Part shown: one piece after another, positions 55,950 through 64,000 of the stretch | Layout: every line of letters begins with the position of its first letter | Numbering within the stretch: position 1 is the stretch's first letter | DNA from: the human T2T-CHM13v2.0 reference genome, Homo sapiens | DNA: 64,000 nucleotides | Assembly (NCBI RefSeq): GCF_009914755.1 | Contig: NC_060925.1 | Direction: 5' to 3' (one strand) | Position numbers and translations under genes: made by a program | The notes under the pieces: model-generated | What the model saw: the letters and a program-made list of their open reading frames with translations, nothing else | Databases searched by the model: none | What the model was told of the DNA's origin: nothing

Positions 55950-56866
55950 TCACGCCTGTATCTCAGCACTTTGGGAGGCCGAGGCAGGCAGATCACGAGG
56001 TCACGAGTTTGAGACCAGCCTGACCAACATGGTGAAACCTTGTTTCCACTAAAAATACAAAAATTAGCCAGGCGTGGTGGCGTGCGCCTGTAATCCCAGC
56101 TACTTAGAAGGCTGAGGCAAGAGAATTGCTTGAATCTGGGAGGCGGAGATTGCAGTGAGCCGAGCTGAGATCATGCCACTGCACTCCAGCCTGGGCGACA
56201 GGGTAAGACTCCGTCTCAAAAAAAAAAAAAAAAAAAGAAGGAACCAGAGGCTCAGAGAGAAGAAATGACAGAAACAGGATTCACCCCAGGTTTGTCTGCC
56301 TCTGAAGCCCAAATAATCATGATATTCGTTTCTGACTTCAGTCAATAACTGGTGTCCTCAGAATAAGCTGGAAACCCTTGTGAAATGCTGAAAAAAATAT
56401 CTGCCTCTGAGAGGGAAAGGTCCTAGACTATGACACCACTGCCACATTCCCTTACCCCCCGGAAAGCAGAGAGATGCTCTCACCCCGACATCCAAATGGC
56501 TTCCCACAGAAGGCTGTAACATGGTTTTACTCTCTCCACATCTCAAACAGATCAGGAACTGGGCTGCAGGTGCCTTATTACAGCAGGAAACACCCCTAGC
56601 AGTGAGTTTCACGCATAAGTGCCCTGAGTTTATCCAGTGCTTTTGCTGAAGCATTCCAAGTGCCATTCGCTGATTAATCTTCCCAGTGCCCCTGTGGGGC
56701 AAGCTGGCAGTACTCTTGGCTGATTTTACAGAGCATTAGCTCCTTGAGAGCAGGAGCTATGTGGGCCCACCACACACAGGGGTTAGAAAAACAAGTAATG
56801 GTCTGCCGGGCACAGTGGCTCATGCCTGTAATCCCAGCACTTTGGGAGGCCGAGGAAGGCGGATCA

Positions 56867-57169
<303 letters not shown>

Positions 57170-58985
57170 TTACACAGAGGTTGGGAACAGGTGACTGGTT
57201 CCCACCCTGGGATTTTACACTAATTCATCTGGCATCTTTGCATTGCCATTTTGTTGTCATGTAGACTTGGGGAGTTATTTCATCTCCCTGATGAAATAAC
57301 TATTTCCCCATCTGTAAAACAGAAAAGGTAAACTTCAAAAAAAGGTTTTTTGAGGACTAAAGGACTTAGTGTGCATAACTCATGCATTGAACTCATGTTA
57401 AGTATTCAATAAATGTTAGCTAGTATTATTATTAGTTGGTACTTGGCACCGTGCAATGAATAAATGAAATGAGCCTTGATACCACCAGCTCTGCAGTTTA
57501 TTTCAAAATTACAGATTCTGCAACTTACCATTAGTTTTGTGATCTTCAAGAGATGTTGTAACTTCACAAATGAACCTTTCTCTTCATCTATGAAATAGGA
57601 TGATAGCTCTCAAATGAAGAGCTTGAAAATACTTTGCTTTGTAAACTGTCAAGCACTATGCAGACATTAACTGTGGTTTTAGAAACAGCACAGGCCTTGC
57701 AGTATGACTGTACAGGAATCCCAGCTCTGGCCCTTAAACTCCTCACCTCTAAAGTTTTCCTCATCTGTAATATGGGCATGGTGATCACATCTGTCTTGAA
57801 GTGTTGTGACAAATTAAGTGATTAAAGACAATATATTTAAAGTAGCTGGCACAGTGGGAGATGGTCCATAAATGTTACTTCCCTACCCCCTAACAAATAA
57901 GTCTTGCCTTTTAAAGACCTGAAGCAAAGGAATCAGCAGGATGTGGTGGGAAATGTGTGGAACCAATCGCTGAGTTGATTCCTGGCTCTGCCATTGTGTG
58001 GCTTTGAGGTTTCGCAGCCTCTCTAAGCCTTCATGTTCCTTCCCTCCAACACTAAATAAAGTATGCCTCCATTGCAAAGTTCGCTCAATAAATAGGAACT
58101 ACTAACAAATGCACAGACAGGCCTATGAAGCACTCTTATGGAAAAGACCCAGTTGAAAAGACCCAGTTGCAAGTAACAACCAAAATTTCCGAGCCCGAAA
58201 CCAGATGGAGTCATGAGCTGCGAAATAAGCGATCCAGGCTCCACAAAGTTCCGATGAGCATGGGAGGTTTCAAGCCCCATGTCTGGACGCTGCCAGTGCA
58301 CCGGACAAGAGAAGGCCAAGAGACGACTCAACCCTCCCAGAGTGATAACTGGGTAGAAGGAGGCAGGGGGAGGAAGGAATGTACTATTCACGGCCCCACC
58401 CATCCCCTGCCTCTAATCTCTCTTCCGGAATTTTACAGCCCTCTTTTGCAGGGGCGGGGCGGAGGGGGCAGGGCGCTGGCTCCAGCTGTTTGCATGAATC
58501 CCCCGCCCCTGGCCTCTCTGCCTGTGCAGGAAGCCCTGGTGTCGTACCCCGAGCCGCTGCAGTTCGCACTCTGCGGCCTCCTCAGGCACTAGAGCTTCCC
58601 CTGCGTCCGCCTTTGGGGGAGGGGAGGGAGTGAAGCTGTGAATTCCGGGAGAAGTCAAGGGTCGCTCGGGGCGTGGGTCCGCGCGCGGAGGGGCTCGCTG
58701 TCCCGGTGCCAGCGGGAGCTGGAAAGCTTCGGCTGGGGCCTGAGTGGACGGGAAGGCGGCGGCCTCCGCGGGATCCTTCCCGGGGCCGATCCACAGTCAG
58801 GATCCCCAGCTCCACCGCCATCAAGTGGGACTGGATTTCGGCCAGAGAAGAAAACGACTTCGGGAACTGGCAACGAGGGAGAGGGAAAAGTTGAGAAACG
58901 TGACTCAGCCTCTTTAGTTCATCTTTCACGTGGGGCAGCGGAGGCCTGGCGGGGACGGGGAGCCGCTCGGGGACTGCAGGCCCGT

Positions 58986-59620
<635 letters not shown>

Positions 59621-59875
59621 CACTTGAACCTCTGGCGCTGCCCTGCCTTCTGTGTTCCCTTCACAGCATTCTCTGATACCCTGTGACTCAGTTTCCCCAT
59701 TTGGCAGTTGGAAAATAGAAAAGGATTTATTAATAACTGAAGCTAGAGCTGTTGGAAATGAAGCATCAAGGTTTCCTACACAAAGGGATTAGGAGGTAAT
59801 GATGTTCATAGCTGACATTTATTGAGCACTTACTATGTGTCAGGCAGTGTTTTGTTTTGTTTTTTTTTTTTTTGA

Positions 59876-59980
<105 letters not shown>

Positions 59981-60986
59981 TGAGTATCTGGGATTACAGG
60001 CATGCACCACCGCGCCCAGCTAATTTTGTAGTTTTAGTAGAGATGGGGTTTCTCCATGTTGGTGAGGCTGGTCTCGAACTCCTGACCTCAGGTGATCCGC
60101 CCGCCTCAGCCTCCCAAAGTGCTGGGATTACAGGCGTGAGCCACCGTGCCCGGCCACGCCAGGCACTGTTCTAAGCACTTGATATGTATTAACAAATTTA
60201 ACTTTCATAACCCCAAGGTGTGGGAATTATTGTTATCTCCATTTTACATTACTATTAATATTGTTACCCTGTTATTCCCATTTCATGGAGAAACTGAGAT
60301 AAATAACAGTGAAGCCACTTGACCAAGGCCACCCAACTGGTAGTACATGATAGAGCCAGGAGGATTTGAACCCAGCAAATATATTTCCAGGGCCCCACTT
60401 CCTCAACCACTGTGTGTCTGCCTCTCCTAATAAGAACGGGGTTACAGTGTACCACATTCTGGATGTTGGTCTAACAGTGTGAATTCTTTTCATTATATCA
60501 ACCTCTTTCAGAGTGACTTAGATTATCTGTACCTGTATAAATGTTTAATATATGCTATCTGACCGGTGATAATGTTTCTACACACTGAAACTTCAAAGTA
60601 CTAGCTTAAACAGGGCAATTAAGGTCATATGTGAAATTGAGAGGACTCCTTCCCCAATGGTCCACAGCTTTCTTAATTCTGCCAAGTGCTATGGCCAAAA
60701 TCTTGACTTTCCCACCCATAGTGGGTCCCATTTTACCTAGTGGCAACCTTGAGTACCTACCCATCTCCACATCAATGATCCTAACTTCCTATCTGCTGCT
60801 GTGTTTTCAAGGATGCCGAAAAGGTCGTCCTGCCCACTCAAACATATCCCTTACCCCTGTATGTGTAGAAACTGAACAGTTGGAGGTTTTCCTCTTGGTT
60901 TGAAGCCAAAAATGATAGTTCATCTTTTGTTAAAATGCAAATATCACAAGAGAGAAAAATAAACTGGGCCTCATCAGATATTTTCA

Positions 60987-61178
<192 letters not shown>

Positions 61179-61351
61179 TTAGTAGGAGAGAGACCAGGAC
61201 TATCAACTCACCCCAACTGGTACCTGAAAGGACCTTAGAAGTCATCTAGTGGAACCTCTCCTTTTATAGGCACACATAAAAAAAAAAAAAAAGAGGTGGG
61301 TTTTTTGTTTTTTAAATGGAGTTTTGTTCTTGTCTCCCAGGGCTAGAGTAA

Positions 61352-61534
<183 letters not shown>

Positions 61535-62676
61535 TGATCTGCCTGCCTCGGCCTCCCGAAGTGCTGGGATTAGAGACATGAGCCTCTGTGCCTGGCCTAG
61601 AAAAAGAGTTTTTATGCCACTCAGAGATATTGAGGGTCTGAGAAGGAGCTGAGGGAAAACCATTATGGGGAAGGAAACAGAAGGGCAGGCAAAGGGACAA
61701 AAGATTAGATTAGCCTCAATGTCAGAAACCTTTCCTTCTCAAACTCCTGGGCTCAAGCAATCCTCCCACCTTGGCCTCTCAAAGTGCTGGGATTACAAGC
61801 ATGAGCCACTGTGCTTGCATAGAAACCTTTCATTCTGGCTGGGCGCAGTGGCTCATGCCTGTAATCCCAGTACTTTGGGAGACCAAGGCAGGTGGATCAC
61901 GAGGTCAGAAGTTCGAGACCAGCCTGGCCAAGATGATGAAACCCATCTCTACTAAAAATACAAAAAGTAGTGGGGCATGGTGGCAGACGCCTGTAATCCC
62001 AGCTACTTGGGAGGCTGAGGCAGAGAATTGCTTGAACACGGGAGGTGGAGGTTGCGATGAGCCGAAATCATGCCACTGCACTCCAGCCTGGGCGACAGAG
62101 CGAGACTCCATCTCAAAAAAACAAAAAAAGAAAGAAAGAAAGAAAGAAATATTTCCTTCTATTTGTGTTTTTTAAAATCTGGCCCTGGCTGGGCACTGTG
62201 GCTCATGCCTATAATCCCAGCACTTTGGGAAGCCGAGGTGGGCGGATTGCTTGAGGCCAGGAGCTAGAGACCAGCCTGGCCAACATGGCAAAACCCCGTC
62301 TCTACTAAAAATACAAAAATTAGCCAGACATGGTGGTGAATGCCTGTAATTCCAGCCTCTTGGGAAGCTGAGTCACAAGAATCGCTTGAACCCTGGAGGT
62401 TGCAGTGAGCCGAGATCACGCCACTTGCACTCCAGCCTGGGCAACAGAGCAAGACTGTCTTAAATAAATAAATAAATTATCTGTCCACCACTACTGTAAA
62501 GATGACACATGCATTTTATGGCATGTAAATTATACTTTAATAAAGCTGCTAAAAAATAAGACATGCTTCTTACACATTTTTTAAATTACAGAGATGGATG
62601 CTTAATAAAGCAAAAGTCTCCTGCAATCCTACCCAGAAAAAGAACCACTTTTTTATTTTATTTTATTTTATTTTGA

Positions 62677-62937
<261 letters not shown>

Positions 62938-63205
62938 TGAGCCACCACGCACAGCCAAAGAACCACTATTAACAATTTGGATTATATTGTTCTTCCAGAT
63001 TTTTTCCTGTACATTCATATTTTTTCTGTGTATTTATATGTATGTGTGTGTTTAACAAGTAGAATTATTTCCCTTAACAATATGTCTTGGGCAGTTTTCT
63101 GTGACAGTACGTTTAGATCTGCCTTGTTCTTTTTAAAGGCTACCTACACAGTATGATTGAACTATTATTCTTTTTTTTTTTCCCAGATGGAGTCTTGCTA
63201 TGTGA

Positions 63206-63403
<198 letters not shown>

Positions 63404-64000
63404 TGATCCACCCACCTCAGCCTCCCAAAGTGCTGGGATTACAGGCCTGAGCCACCGTGCCCAGCCGACTGAACTATAATTTATTTAACAGGTTCCCTAT
63501 TGGTAAATATCCCGGTTGTTTCCAATTTTTTTGCTATTGGAAGCAATATTGCAGTGGACATTCTTGCACATACATCTTTGATATGCCTTGGAGCACTTTT
63601 AGGGAAATTCTGTAGGCTAAATTCCCAGAGAGACTTCCTTTTAAAACAATATGCTTCATCATCTATAATTTTCATCTTATTCCAAATGTCCTGACATAAA
63701 AGTCTGTTCCTGATCAAACTTGAATAAAATGCTTAGCATATAGTACACATGAAACAAATATCAATTTCATGGCCATTGTTACCATTATTTCATGATATCA
63801 TTAATCCAGTGGATAGAAGCTCATTCCTTCAGTCAACAATTATTGATGAGCTTCTGCCATATAATAGGTCTGAGGCCCAACAGTGAACAGACATAGACCC
63901 TGCCCTCAAGAAGTTGACAGTCTAGAAACTGATGGATGTCTCAACCAGCAATTACAACATCGTGAGATGAGTACTACAAAAATGCTAACTAGCCAAGTGC

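Overview
Primate (almost certainly human) genomic DNA, very Alu-dense, containing the complete PTP4A2 (PRL-2 phosphatase) gene on the minus strand. A CpG-island promoter and non-coding exon 1 lie at ~52.3-51.94 kb. Five coding exons (33021-32926, 29941-29849, 25781-25651, 24067-23993, 22915-22807) splice by GT-AG rules to 504 nt, giving the 167-aa PRL-2 (HCVAGLGRA active site, C-terminal CCVQ CAAX). A ~2.4-kb 3'UTR carries three AATAAA signals. The supplied ORF track misses the gene; nearly all its ORFs are Alu/L1 or low-complexity artefacts. Main observations: (1) a 39-codon uORF spliced across the 18-kb intron 1; (2) inverted Alus bracket exons 2-3, and the predicted back-splice fuses PRL-2 residues 1-63 in frame to that uORF peptide (94-aa chimera, inferred); (3) local rearrangement scars near the promoter (91-bp flank+Alu copy 2.6 kb away, 16-bp inverted templated insertion in an Alu); (4) a tailless 33-nt U2 snRNA retrocopy with perfect target-site duplication; (5) a TSD-Alu-TSD-Alu-TSD tandem; (6) a second CpG island at ~58.4-59.05 kb. 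Repeat subfamily names and repeat boundaries are by eye and approximate.
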